NCBI GenBank assembly: GCA_049852185.1
Contig: CP187540.1
Reading direction: 5' to 3' (one strand)
Length of the DNA: 64,000 bases
Origin: Methanocaldococcus sp. 28A
GTDB lineage: Archaea > AGJL01 > Methanococci > Methanococcales > Methanocaldococcaceae
Shown here one piece after another: positions 1-10,782 of the stretch. How positions within the stretch are numbered: the first letter of the stretch is position 1; every line of letters begins with the position of its first letter. The notes under the pieces are model-generated. The model saw only the letters and a list, made by a program, of their open reading frames with translations. It was not told where the DNA came from and searched no databases. The translations under genes were made by a program, and so were the position numbers.

Positions 1-893
1 TAGGAACAATAAAAACAATTGTATGGATTTATGTTTTATATACTATTTTAGGTGTTCTTTTGTTGTATTTAGCTGGTTTAAGTTTTTGGGACGCTTTAAA
101 TCTAACTATGACAGGGCTATCCACAGGAGGAATGAGTATAAGCAATTATAGTTTTCCATATAATGATTTTGCCAAGATTGTTATGATTGGTATAATGATG
201 ATAGGGGGTGTTATATCTTTCTCTATACATCATAAAATATTGACTGGGAAATATTTTAACGATATCCAAACAAAGTATGCATTAATTGTAATAACAATAA
301 CTTCAATAATTATTTCAATAAAAGATAAAGTTCCAATAATTGATTCTCTCTTTACAGTAGTTTCAGCAATGACATCTACAGGATTTACAACTATAAACAT
401 TAGCAATCTTTCAAATTTCTCTTTATTTTTAATTATATTTTTAATGTTGATTGGTGGAGGAGCTGGAACAACAACCGGAGGGGTTAAGATAATTAGATTT
501 TTGGTTATACTAAAGGCACTTTGGTATGAAATAAAAGAAATTATTTATCCAAAATCAGCTGTAATTCACGAGCATCTTGATAATATTGATTTAAATTATA
601 ATATAATTAGAGAGGCATTTGTTGTATTCTTTTTATACAGTTTTTCTTCATTTTTAATAGCTTTAACATTTATATATTTAGGATATAGCCCTTATAAATC
701 TATATTTGATGCTATTTCTTTTACTTCAAATATAGGTATATCTTTGGGTGTAGTTACATTAAATACCCCAACAATAGGAAAAATAGCTGGAATTATAGGT
801 ATGTGGATTGGTAGATTAGAGATTATCCCAGTGCTTATTATGTTTGCCACTTTGTATTTAAAAGTTAGAAAAATTATTAAAAATAGAAATTAA
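1..893 (+). CDS. trkH: TrkH/TrkG potassium uptake membrane protein (5' end outside window)
   Basis: Hydrophobic ORF with pore motifs TGLSTGG, SAMTSTGF, GGGAGTTTGGVK, SNIG and GRLEI; frame is open back to position 3. Confidence 0.9.
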   Translation, partial: GTIKTIVWIYVLYTILGVLLLYLAGLSFWDALNLTMTGLSTGGMSISNYSFPYNDFAKIVMIGIMMIGGVISFSIHHKILTGKYFNDIQTKYALIVITITSIIISIKDKVPIIDSLFTVVSAMTSTGFTTINISNLSNFSLFLIIFLMLIGGGAGTTTGGVKIIRFLVILKALWYEIKEIIYPKSAVIHEHLDNIDLNYNIIREAFVVFFLYSFSSFLIALTFIYLGYSPYKSIFDAISFTSNIGISLGVVTLNTPTIGKIAGIIGMWIGRLEIIPVLIMFATLYLKVRKIIKNRN

Positions 894-957
894 TGTTATT
901 TTACTATCTATTTTTAACCATATAACTTTATAAAATAAACTTACTGTTTTCATTTTA

Positions 958-1817
958 GTTTTCATACCGAATCGGTCTTATTTTAATTATCGAAACAGAC
1001 TTTAAGTGTTATAAAGGATGTCATGTTTTCATACCGAATCGGTCTTATTTTAATGTAGAAAATGCTAATAATAATGTTGCAATAAGGAGTTTTCATACCG
1101 AATCGGTCTTATTTTAATGTCGTTTGAGTGCAATCAATGTTACATATGCGATAAAGTTTTCATACCGAATCGGTCTTATTTTAATTTTTCAGAAGAGGAT
1201 TTAATTAATTTTGTTAAAAGTGTTTTCATACCGAATCGGTCTTATTTTAATTTAGAAATCCTTTTGAACTTGTTAAAATTGCTCCATTGTTTTCATACCG
1301 AATCGGTCTTATTTTAATTGTTTTGTATTTGGTTGAGGCCAGATTATTTAGTAGTAAAGTTTTCATACCGAATCGGTCTTATTTTAATTTGCTTTGTTAT
1401 TTGCCGAATTTAATAAATTTGAGAATAATGGTTTTCATACCGAATCGGTCTTATTTTAATGTCATCAACGTCTAATGGTTTAATTGTTAATTCATTACCT
1501 TGTTTTCATACCGAATCGGTCTTATTTTAATTGGATAAACACAAAGGAAGATGCTGAAAGATTGAAGGGATTAGTCTTGTTTTCATACCGAATCGGTCTT
1601 ATTTTAATAGAAATACGCCGCTACTGTTCTTTATTCCTGAGCTATTCGAGTTTTCATACCGAATCGGTCTTATTTTAATTTTAGAGAATATAAAAGATTT
1701 TGAAAAAAGTAAGTTAGTTTTCATACCGAATCGGTCTTATTTTAATAATTTCTAAAATGACCGAAAATGGTTAGCATCAAATAGTTTGTTTTCATACCGA
1801 ATCGGTCTTATTTTAAT
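958..1817 (-). CRISPR. CRISPR array, 13 identical 30-bp repeats and 12 spacers (34-47 nt)
   Basis: GTTTTCATACCGAATCGGTCTTATTTTAAT at 958, 1025, 1089, 1156, 1222, 1289, 1359, 1431, 1502, 1579, 1650, 1717, 1788. Minus-strand repeat ends ATGAAAAC (typical handle) and the leader lies to the right. Confidence 0.99.
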
Positions 1818-2180
1818 AGGAGGCATTTTTTGAATTAAACGAAATTAAGCATTTTTAAATCTTTATTTTATAGGGGGTATATTACGACCCCCCAATTACT
1901 TGATTTCTTTATATACCCTAACTAATATAAATACTTTACGGTATTGTGTTAATCAAAACAATAAAACCCCTAAATCTAAAAAATCAAATTATCTATCGGG
2001 GAAATCTAAATATAAAAATAATTATCTAAAATCTCCTAAAAATCTTACTAATTTAATACATCTAAATAAGTAAAATGTTAAAAATAAACTACCCTTAGAA
2101 ATTAGCTAAAAATCCTTAAAATCAAAAAATATTCCTTTAAAAATTTCTAAATTAAAAATAAAAAACTTTTAGCGTGATAA
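1818..2180 (-). promoter_or_regulatory. CRISPR leader (long AT-rich segment)
   Basis: Non-coding and adjacent to the last repeat; BRE/TATA-like AAAGTATTTATA on minus strand near 1926-1937; distal part recurs at 23059-23218. Confidence 0.8.
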
Positions 2181-2308
2181 ATGTTATTTAAACTACTCCT
2201 TACAATATAATAAAATACACAATCATCAACGTAAATTATTTAAGCTTTATTATAATTTACCATATTCTTATCTAAAAATTTTATAAGAATTTATGAGCGT
2301 GAGGAATT

Positions 2309-3157
2309 ATGATGAATCAAATAAAAACTTATTTGTTAATGGCTTTTCTTGTAGGGTTGATTTATGCATTTTGTATAATGTTACATATTCATCCACTACT
2401 TGCTATACTCCTTGCTTTAATTCCAAATATTATATCATACTATTACAGCGATAAATTTGTGTTAATGAGCTATAATGCAAGAATTTTGGAAGAGCATGAA
2501 ATGCCATGGTTGCATCAAATGGTTGAGAGAGTTGCAAGAAAAGCAGGATTACCAAAACCAAAAGTAGCTATAGTTCCTACAATAACACCAAATGCATTTG
2601 CTACTGGAAGAAACCCTGAAAATGCTGTTGTAGCTGTAACTGAAGGAATTCTGCAATTACTATCTCCAGAAGAGTTGGAAGGAGTTATAGGGCACGAAAT
2701 ATCACATATAAAGCATAATGATATTTTAATAAGCACCATAGTAGCTACCTTAGCTGGAGCTATAATATATATTGCTGAATGGATGAAATGGGGCTTGTTT
2801 TTTGGATATGAACATGAAGAAGATAATCCATTAGAATTAATTGGAACAATTTTGTTATTAATCTTGGCACCAATTGCGGCTACATTAATCCAATTTGCAA
2901 TTTCAAGGCAGAGAGAGTTTTATGCAGATGAAGAAGGAGCTAAGCTCACACATCCATTATGGTTGGCTAATGCATTAGCTAAGTTAGAGAGAGGAGTTAG
3001 TATTTATCCATTAGAGAAAGGAAATCCAGCAACAGCACATATGTTTATAGTAAACCCATTTAGAGAAGATTTCATTATGAAACTTTTCTCTACCCACCCA
3101 CCAACAGAAGAAAGAATAGAGAGATTGTTAGAGCTCTGCAAAAAAATAAAAAGATAA
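2309..3157 (+). CDS. htpX: Zinc metalloprotease HtpX (M48)
   Basis: [26 protein letters not shown] motifs. Confidence 0.95.
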   Translation: MMNQIKTYLLMAFLVGLIYAFCIMLHIHPLLAILLALIPNIISYYYSDKFVLMSYNARILEEHEMPWLHQMVERVARKAGLPKPKVAIVPTITPNAFATGRNPENAVVAVTEGILQLLSPEELEGVIGHEISHIKHNDILISTIVATLAGAIIYIAEWMKWGLFFGYEHEEDNPLELIGTILLLILAPIAATLIQFAISRQREFYADEEGAKLTHPLWLANALAKLERGVSIYPLEKGNPATAHMFIVNPFREDFIMKLFSTHPPTEERIERLLELCKKIKR

Positions 3158-3169
3158 AATGGTGGCATT

Positions 3170-4312
3170 GTGGAAAAAGATTTAAAGGTAATAACAATAG
3201 ATGAACTAAAAAAATACATTAGGAATAATGATGAAGACAAAATAGATGAGGTTGATATTGTAACCTCTGCAACTTGCGGAATAATGTCTGGAACTGCAGG
3301 AATTTTCCATATTCCTTTTAATGAAATTTTTAAAAAAGCAGAGGAGATATATTTAGATAACATCAGAGGAGTTGTAGGCGTTTGTCCTAACGAATATTTG
3401 GGAAAAGTTGATGCAATATTTTATGGAGAAGTTGGGTTTTTGTTTAAAGATTTAGTTAAAGGTAAAACTGTTGAGGCAAAAGCTGTAAGTGAAGGAAAAA
3501 TATACAAAAATGAGATTACTATAGAAGATTTACCAACAGCTAAGATGATTGGGACAAGAATGGCTTTCAAAAATTATTCTGCAATAACAAATTTGACTAA
3601 TAAAGAAGTTAATACTATATTCCATAGATTACCATTAAAAAAAGGTGAAGCTTCTTTCTCTGGTTGTGGGATGTATAATCCATTAGAAAATATGGTTATT
3701 AAAGATGAAAAAGACGTTGTTGGAAAAAAAGCTCTATTAAATGGAGCTGAAGCAATAATATTAGGATTTGGAACAAGGTCATCAATAAAAAAGCCAAATT
3801 TAATGATGTCTGCAGATATGAAAGACATGAACGCTTATTATTTAGGTGGATTTGTAACATCTAATGGCATAGAAATATACAATACAATAGCCATTCCAAT
3901 TAAAGTTGATGAGCATAAAGAGGCATTAAAAAAGCTTGATAAAGACATTGCATTACCATTAGTTAATATATTTGGTAGAGAAATTATAGATGTTGGAAAT
4001 TATGCAGAAGTTTGGGAAGATGTAGATTTGAGACCAAAAATTTATTTAGATAAATGTAAAAGCTGTGATAGATGCTTAGCTGAAGAATATTGTCCAACTT
4101 TTGCAATAAAAAAAGAGAATGGAAAAATAAAAATAACTGAAGATTGTTTTGGTTGTGGGATTTGTAATATCTGTCCTTATGGAGTATTCAAAACAAAACT
4201 TGGCTCTATATGTGGAATACCAATAACATGTAGGCAGTCAGATAGAAAGAGAGCTTTAAAATTAGCTAAAGAGTTAAAGAAGAAAATAGAAAGTGGAGAG
4301 TTTAAGATATAA
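3170..4312 (+). CDS. Methanogenesis marker 16 metalloprotein (DUF39-like plus C-terminal 2x[4Fe-4S])
   Basis: DIVTSATCGIMSGT N-terminus; CKSCDRC..CP and CFGCGIC..CP; CRQSDR. Confidence 0.8.
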   Translation: MEKDLKVITIDELKKYIRNNDEDKIDEVDIVTSATCGIMSGTAGIFHIPFNEIFKKAEEIYLDNIRGVVGVCPNEYLGKVDAIFYGEVGFLFKDLVKGKTVEAKAVSEGKIYKNEITIEDLPTAKMIGTRMAFKNYSAITNLTNKEVNTIFHRLPLKKGEASFSGCGMYNPLENMVIKDEKDVVGKKALLNGAEAIILGFGTRSSIKKPNLMMSADMKDMNAYYLGGFVTSNGIEIYNTIAIPIKVDEHKEALKKLDKDIALPLVNIFGREIIDVGNYAEVWEDVDLRPKIYLDKCKSCDRCLAEEYCPTFAIKKENGKIKITEDCFGCGICNICPYGVFKTKLGSICGIPITCRQSDRKRALKLAKELKKKIESGEFKI

Positions 4313-4322
4313 AAATAAATTT

Positions 4323-5474
4323 TTAATGCACCCTATAATTTTCAACAATCTCTTTTATTGCATTAACGACATACTCAACTTGCTCCCATTCTAAGCCATA
4401 AACACTCATCTTTATCTCTTTAGTAACCCCTGCCCTTATCCCTCCAATACCTCTCTTCTTCAATTCATCATAGAAGAAAAATCCTCTTCTCTTATCCTTC
4501 TTAGCTATCTCATCCAATATAGGCGTTTCAAATTTAGTTAAATCATGTTCTTTTGGTTTAATTCCTAACTGTTTAAAGCCAATTTTTTCAAGTTCATCAA
4601 CTACATATCTTGTTTTTTTAAGCTCATCATCCCATTTTTTAACTCTCTCAACAACATGAGGAAAGCTCGCCATTAGAGTTACTATTGGGAGACCTCTACT
4701 TGTGCATCCAAGCATCTCAATTTCTTTAACTGGGAATTTTTCTGATGTTCTTGTTATCTTATTGGCAAACTCTTCACTAAATGCCAAAACCCCACAAGGA
4801 GCTGATGCCGCCATACTTTTATGCCCTGAAGCTACAATAAAATCAGCTTTAACTTCTTTTCCATCAACTGGCATTCTTCCGACTGTATAAGCACAATTTA
4901 GCAAAAATGGAATTCCTTTTTCTTTAGCAATTTTTCCAACTTTTTTAGCATCATTTAAGTTTCCATATTCTCCATCAACGTGAGTTAATAATATTAAACC
5001 AACATTTTTTCCTTTATCTTCTAAATTGTCTATAACTTCTCTATAACCCTCCAAGTTTATTTTATATGTAGGATACTCTTTTTCATAACCAACTTCAGCA
5101 ACATTTAACTTAGCTCTTTCAGCAGAAACATAACTTGTGTAGTGTGCATTTTTATCTAAAACCACATAATCTCCTTCATTACATATTGAATGCATAACTA
5201 TAAACTTTCCCTCCCTTGCTCCATGAGTAGGTCTTACATAATCCATATTTAAAAATTTGGCTACATCATTCAAAAACTCCTTTATTGGTGGGCAAGTTAT
5301 CTCATCCAACCTACCATGGCAGTAATCACAAACACTATATCCATCCCAATATTCATAAACTGCCTTTTTAGCTTCTTTTGGCAATATTCCTCCTCTCTGT
5401 ATAGGATTTAAGTTAATTAACTCTCTTTCTAAGTTTCTCCTTAAATTTTTATATTTGTCTAAATTTATGTCCAA
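4323..5474 (-). CDS. pscS: Sep-tRNA:Cys-tRNA synthase (SepCysS)
   Basis: NPIQRGG, GYSVCDYC, SGHKS PLP lysine, LGCT. Start moved to TTG 5474 behind a GAGGTG RBS. Confidence 0.93.
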   Translation of the reverse strand: MDINLDKYKNLRRNLERELINLNPIQRGGILPKEAKKAVYEYWDGYSVCDYCHGRLDEITCPPIKEFLNDVAKFLNMDYVRPTHGAREGKFIVMHSICNEGDYVVLDKNAHYTSYVSAERAKLNVAEVGYEKEYPTYKINLEGYREVIDNLEDKGKNVGLILLTHVDGEYGNLNDAKKVGKIAKEKGIPFLLNCAYTVGRMPVDGKEVKADFIVASGHKSMAASAPCGVLAFSEEFANKITRTSEKFPVKEIEMLGCTSRGLPIVTLMASFPHVVERVKKWDDELKKTRYVVDELEKIGFKQLGIKPKEHDLTKFETPILDEIAKKDKRRGFFFYDELKKRGIGGIRAGVTKEIKMSVYGLEWEQVEYVVNAIKEIVENYRVH

Positions 5475-5484
5475 ACCAATCACC

Positions 5485-6102
5485 TCATAATAAAGCCCCT
5501 TTAATTCCATTAACTACCATCTGAACTGCAATGGCTGTAAGTATAAGACCCATCATTCTTGTTAATATTCTAATTCCCAATTTTCCAATTTTATCTAAAA
5601 CGCTCTCAGCTGAAAGCAGTGTTAAATAAGTTATCCCAAGAGATACTAATATTGCCAATATTACCAAAAATTTATCACCAAAAGTTGGAGCTTCAGCCAT
5701 TGCAACCATACAGGCAGTTATTGAACCAGGGCCTGCTAATAGAGGTGTTGCTAAAGGCATCAATGCAATTTCATCTATTTCATAAGCAGCTTCAATATCT
5801 TTCCTTTGAATTTTGGATTCTTGCTTACCTCTAACCATGTCTAAAGAAATTAATAATAGTAAAATACCTCCAGCAATCTTAAAGGCATCTAATGATATGC
5901 CAAAAAATTTTAATATCCACTCTCCAAAAAGTGTAAAAACTAATAGTATAGCCAATGTATAAATAACTGTTTTTTTTGCTACTAAGTCTCTCTCTTTTTT
6001 TGGATACGATTCAGTTAACGTTATAAATACAGGAACGGCACCAAATGGGTTTAAAATTGAGAATATTGATGTAAATGCTAATATAAAATATTGTAAATCC
6101 AT
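5485..6102 (-). CDS. MarC family membrane protein
   Basis: NPFG.VP, PLATPLLAGPG, RMMGLIL. Confidence 0.92.
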   Translation of the reverse strand: MDLQYFILAFTSIFSILNPFGAVPVFITLTESYPKKERDLVAKKTVIYTLAILLVFTLFGEWILKFFGISLDAFKIAGGILLLLISLDMVRGKQESKIQRKDIEAAYEIDEIALMPLATPLLAGPGSITACMVAMAEAPTFGDKFLVILAILVSLGITYLTLLSAESVLDKIGKLGIRILTRMMGLILTAIAVQMVVNGIKGALL

Positions 6103-6121
6103 GATATCACGCTAAAAATTT

Positions 6122-6838
6122 TTAAAATTTTATCCTTTTTCTAATCCCCTCATATAAATCAATCACATTTCCATTTAAAAATGCACACATTGTATATATC
6201 ACTCCTGGTGGAAGTATATTAATTCCTTCACCATTTTTGACAAAATATAATTTATCAAAGTTCAACAAACCACCATAAATAAGCCCAGCTAATTTTTTGA
6301 TATCATTAAGTTCTTCAACTGTTATAACTACAACTGGGTCATCACTCTCAGCTCCTGTATATCCTACTCCAGGAATTTTTACAGCTTCATTAGAAACAGA
6401 ACAACCAACATTATATCCAAACTTTTCCCCAATCTCCTTTACAAATAAAGCCATTTCATCAACAAAACTCTCTCCTCCGTATGTATCAAAAGCTACTATT
6501 ATAGCATCACCATATTCTGATTTTGCCTCAGCGATAGCATAAGATAAACCTTCTCCAGCTTTGTCTTTTTCTTTAGAAATTCCATTTAAGTCATTAAAGC
6601 TCTCAGCATATTTATTTAAAATCTCAAAAATTATTTTGTTATTTTCTTCAATTAAATTTTTTGGGACAAATGATGTTACAACTATATCATCACCAGTTAT
6701 ATTTGAGATACATGCTTTTATTCCTAATACAGATAATCTTTCTTTAACCTCTTTATTAACCAATTCATTAACTTTAGGATTGGTTTTTACATCATTATCT
6801 GATATATCAACTCCAATACTTACAATATATTTTTTCAT
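6122..6838 (-). CDS. Conserved hypothetical protein
   Basis: 238-aa ORF with typical codon usage, co-oriented with marC and pscS. Confidence 0.75.
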   Translation of the reverse strand: MKKYIVSIGVDISDNDVKTNPKVNELVNKEVKERLSVLGIKACISNITGDDIVVTSFVPKNLIEENNKIIFEILNKYAESFNDLNGISKEKDKAGEGLSYAIAEAKSEYGDAIIVAFDTYGGESFVDEMALFVKEIGEKFGYNVGCSVSNEAVKIPGVGYTGAESDDPVVVITVEELNDIKKLAGLIYGGLLNFDKLYFVKNGEGINILPPGVIYTMCAFLNGNVIDLYEGIRKRIKF

Positions 6839-6944
6839 TCTCTCATCCTATTAGTTTTTTGCAAAACAACAAAAAATTTAAATTTGAGTTGATGAATATA
6901 ATAATTATAATATAATAATTATTAAGTTTATAAAATATAAAAAT

Positions 6945-7020
6945 ATGCCCCGGGAAACCGCGGGGGATGAGCAACTACCCGGCAAGCGATGATTCTCCTT
7001 TGCTCCCCCGGGGCACACTT
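6945..7020 (+). ncRNA. H/ACA guide RNA (Pab21/Pf9-like; predicted 16S rRNA target)
   Basis: GC island. Basal stem GCCCCGGG (6947-6954) pairs with CCCGGGGC (7007-7014), then ACA (7015-7017). Pocket strands AAACCGC and TTTGCTCC; K-turn-like GATGA...GATGA; TATA-like TTTATAAA upstream. Confidence 0.85.
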
Positions 7021-7024
7021 AAAG

Positions 7025-7819
7025 TTAAATTATTGTATCTATTTTTGTATAATCTAAAATTGTTTTAGCAATGCCTAATTTCATAACATACAATTTAAAG
7101 AATTCTTCCCAATATTCTCTAAATTTTTTTATTGAATAGCTATCGTATATATAATCTATATCAACCTTTGCCTCAACCAATATCAATCCATCCGGTGGAA
7201 ATGTAGGGACACCTTCTCTATGATTTTCATCTAACAATTTATCAATCCATTCTACTGGCTTTTTTCCTTTTCCTATTAAATCTAAAGCTCCAACTATCTT
7301 TCTAACCATATTCCATAAAAAACTCTCACCAATAATATCTATTGTTAAATAAAAATCATTCTCAGAGATTTTTATATCATATATAGTTCTTATATGACTT
7401 TTTTCTTTTGACCTATCTCTTTTTGATAAATTGTGAAAGCTATGAGTCCCTATAAGCTTTTTTGCTCCCTCTTTAATAGTCTCTATATTGTAGTCAATAT
7501 TAGGCAGAATATAGCGGTAATGTCTATACTTCACTTTTGGAATTTCATCAATTTCCTTATATCCCAAAACCCAGATTCCTTTATTTTTCAACTTTGCGTT
7601 TATATATGAAAGAATAGGCTCTTTTTTTAACTCTACAATAACAAAGTTTCCTAAGGCAGAGACTCCTTTATCAGTTCTTCCTCCACTGTAAATAATTTTT
7701 TTCTTAGATAATATTCCAATATCTTCTAAAGTATTTAATAGGATATCACAAACTGTCTCTTTATGTGGTTGTTGTTGAAAGCTATATCGTCCATCATAAG
7801 CGATTTTTAGAATATACAT
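7025..7819 (-). CDS. truA: tRNA pseudouridine(38-40) synthase
   Basis: IAYDG, GRTDKGVSA, FLWNMVRKIVG. Confidence 0.95.
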   Translation of the reverse strand: MYILKIAYDGRYSFQQQPHKETVCDILLNTLEDIGILSKKKIIYSGGRTDKGVSALGNFVIVELKKEPILSYINAKLKNKGIWVLGYKEIDEIPKVKYRHYRYILPNIDYNIETIKEGAKKLIGTHSFHNLSKRDRSKEKSHIRTIYDIKISENDFYLTIDIIGESFLWNMVRKIVGALDLIGKGKKPVEWIDKLLDENHREGVPTFPPDGLILVEAKVDIDYIYDSYSIKKFREYWEEFFKLYVMKLGIAKTILDYTKIDTII

Positions 7820-7947
7820 GGCTTTATCACCAATGTACTTTAATATTGTAAAGTAAAATTACATGGAAATATTTATATATGACATATTTCATATTATTTT
7901 CCATATTGTTTAGATTTAAAGATTTTATATTAACTTAGGGGATATAA

Positions 7948-10773
7948 ATGGGGGATTTAGGATATGAAGCTTTAAAGATTGGGGCTTTGTTGCATGATAT
8001 TGGAAAACTATTAGAGCGTGCGGAATATACTGGAAAAGAAGAGTTATATAATGATAGTTATGGACATGAAAAAAGTGGTTTAAGATTTTTTAAAGAATAT
8101 ATAGATAAATTTATCACTTCTGAAGAAAAAGAAATTATAAAAGAAATTATTGGAAAACACCATTGTAAAGATGTTGACCAAAATGATATATATGTAAATA
8201 TAGTTAAATTGGCTGATTGGCTTAGTAGTGGAGAAAGAATAAAATATAAAAAAGATAAAGATATTGATGTAAGTAAAAGATATCAAAAGTTATGTTCTAT
8301 TTTTGAAATAATTCCTATAAAGGATGTAGATGGTTTAGATATAGATTATAATAGTGCATACAAGTATGGTCTAATACCTTTAACTGTAGTAAATAATATA
8401 TTTCCAGCTAAAAACAACTGTGAAGGTTCATATAAAACATTAAAAAATAAATTTTGTGAAGATTTTAAAAAAATTATGGAAAAATATAATATAAATACCT
8501 TTGAAGTTTTTTATCAGATACTACAAAAATATACATGGTGTGTTCCTTCTGCAACATATTGGAAAAAGAAATCTGAATATTTACCAGATGTTTCTCTCTA
8601 TGACCACTCAAAAACAACCTGTGCAATTGCTTGCTGTTTATATCAAATGATTGAAAATACTAGTATTGATGAAAACTATATCAAAAATACTTTAAGATAT
8701 TTAAATACTGAAAAAAATAAGATAAAGAAAATAATTGAAAAGTATGAAAAAGAAATAAAAGAAGCGAAAAAATCTGATGATACTAAAAAAATTGAAGAAT
8801 TAACTGAAAAAAAAGTTGATGAAATTAAAGAAGTATTAAATAATGATGTCGAATATGGAAAAAGAGAACTTTTTTCATTAATTCATGGGGATATTTCGGG
8901 AGTGCAAGATTTCATATTTAAAATAGTTTCTAAAGGAGCTGCTAAATCTTTAAAAGGTAGAAGTTTTTATTTGGATTTTTTAACTGAATTATGTGCAAGA
9001 TACGTTGTTAAAGAGTTGAATTTATCTATAGCAAATATTTTATTTTATGGAGGAGGACATTTCTATATTTTAAGCTATAAAGTAGATGATGAAAAATTGG
9101 AAGAGTTTGAAGAAACTATTAACGAGATATTATTCAAAAAGTTTGGAATAGACCTCTATATAGCAATAGGAAAAGTAGATTTAAGACCTATAGACTTTTT
9201 AATAGATTGTATGGATGAAGATGCTGGAATAGGAATTCCTTATAAGTGGAGAGAATGTGCAACAGCAACATCTAAAAAGAAGTTAAGAAAGTTTCATTAT
9301 AAAAAGATGGATTTATTTGAACCTAAGGGGGAGGGAAATGAGAAAAGAATTTGTAATGTTTGTAAAAAGGAAGTAGATGTGAGTGATGAAGATAAAAATA
9401 AAAAAACAGTATATCTATATCTCTTAGATGAAGAAACCAAGGCTTGTGAAGAATGTCAATCATTTAAATGGATAACTGAATTTTTAAAAGATTTTAGTAA
9501 TAATGAAGAGAAAAATTATATTGAAATAATTAAATATAATGAGGAAAAAACATTTCCTGCTAAATTAATAGAAGATACTGGGAAAATTAAAAATATAGAT
9601 AAAAAGATAAAATTTAAGGAGATTCCAGTATTAAAAGAGTTTTTTGAATTATTGGAAGATAATGAAGAATATATTCTTATGGAATACAACCTACCAAACA
9701 AGAATGGAGAACTTACAATACCATACAAAATTTGGAGTATAGCATTTCCTCTCGATGATAATAGGAATATATTAGATTTTAGTGAATTAGCAGAGTTGTC
9801 TAAAAATAGAACTGGCACAAATAAAATAGGAGTATTAAAAATGGATGTTGATAACTTAGGAAAGATAATTACCAAAGGTTTAGGTAATTTAGCAACAATT
9901 TCAAGATTAAGCACGTTAAGTTCTATGCTAACATTGTTCTTTACTGGATACATTCCTTATTTAATTAAAACTGGTGAAGCAGAAACAGTATTTGAAGAAA
10001 ATGGTAAAAAAGCAAGATATGGAGATAACATCTATTTAGTCTATTCTGGAGGAAATGATACTTTAATCGTGGGGGCATGGGATGTAGTTTGGGATTTAGC
10101 AAAGAGAATAAGAGAAGATTTTAGAAAGTTTGTTTGTAATAATCCAAATATAACTCTAAGTGCAGGAATTGTTATTGTTAATCCTAAATTTGAATTTAAA
10201 AAAGCTGTTGAATTGGCTGATGAGGAATTAGATAGAGCAAAAGATAATAAAGAAATAATAAAAATTGGAGTAGAGTTAGAGGAAAAGAACTCTATTTGTA
10301 TATTTAATAGTCCATTAAATTGGAATAGAGTTAAATATTATAGTAAAGAAGAATTAGATAACCAAATAAAAGAAGCTTTAAATAGAAACTTAGAAGAGTT
10401 TGATGAAAGTATTTTAGAAGGATTATTTTTGAATGCTGTTAAGGAATTAGGAAAAAGGAGAATCTTACATATTAGCCAAATAGTTGCAGATAAGTTAAAT
10501 TATGTAGTAAATGAAAGTGATAAAGAGATTTTAAGCATTAATATACCATATTATTGGAGAATTAAATATTATTTATATAGAAATTTCAGAGATAAAGAAA
10601 AATTAAAAGATGAAGTTAAATTTTTAGAGGATTACATTGACAAAAATGTTAGAAAAATGCTAAAATATTATCTATCAAATGATAACCAGAATTCTGAAGA
10701 AGATATTGGTAGATTAACTTTTAATGACTTAAAAATTGCTGCAAAAATTGTTGAATTGAAAACGAGAAGGTGA
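7948..10773 (+). CDS. cas10: Type III-A CRISPR Cas10/Csm1 (HD domain intact; palm motif GGND)
   Basis: LLHDIGK, ADWLSSGER, DVSLYDH, GDISGVQ.FI, LKGRSF, CxxC...CxxC, KMDVDNLG, YSGGND. Confidence 0.95.
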   Translation: MGDLGYEALKIGALLHDIGKLLERAEYTGKEELYNDSYGHEKSGLRFFKEYIDKFITSEEKEIIKEIIGKHHCKDVDQNDIYVNIVKLADWLSSGERIKYKKDKDIDVSKRYQKLCSIFEIIPIKDVDGLDIDYNSAYKYGLIPLTVVNNIFPAKNNCEGSYKTLKNKFCEDFKKIMEKYNINTFEVFYQILQKYTWCVPSATYWKKKSEYLPDVSLYDHSKTTCAIACCLYQMIENTSIDENYIKNTLRYLNTEKNKIKKIIEKYEKEIKEAKKSDDTKKIEELTEKKVDEIKEVLNNDVEYGKRELFSLIHGDISGVQDFIFKIVSKGAAKSLKGRSFYLDFLTELCARYVVKELNLSIANILFYGGGHFYILSYKVDDEKLEEFEETINEILFKKFGIDLYIAIGKVDLRPIDFLIDCMDEDAGIGIPYKWRECATATSKKKLRKFHYKKMDLFEPKGEGNEKRICNVCKKEVDVSDEDKNKKTVYLYLLDEETKACEECQSFKWITEFLKDFSNNEEKNYIEIIKYNEEKTFPAKLIEDTGKIKNIDKKIKFKEIPVLKEFFELLEDNEEYILMEYNLPNKNGELTIPYKIWSIAFPLDDNRNILDFSELAELSKNRTGTNKIGVLKMDVDNLGKIITKGLGNLATISRLSTLSSMLTLFFTGYIPYLIKTGEAETVFEENGKKARYGDNIYLVYSGGNDTLIVGAWDVVWDLAKRIREDFRKFVCNNPNITLSAGIVIVNPKFEFKKAVELADEELDRAKDNKEIIKIGVELEEKNSICIFNSPLNWNRVKYYSKEELDNQIKEALNRNLEEFDESILEGLFLNAVKELGKRRILHISQIVADKLNYVVNESDKEILSINIPYYWRIKYYLYRNFRDKEKLKDEVKFLEDYIDKNVRKMLKYYLSNDNQNSEEDIGRLTFNDLKIAAKIVELKTRR

Positions 10774-10782
10774 GGTGAGATT

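Noticed and set aside
1117-1678. Three short ORFs with repeated VFIPNRSYFN
   Set aside because: Translation of CRISPR repeats
6106-6120. ATCACGCTAAAA matching the leader's distal end
   Set aside because: Only ~12 bp and explained by the marC GTGAT RBS
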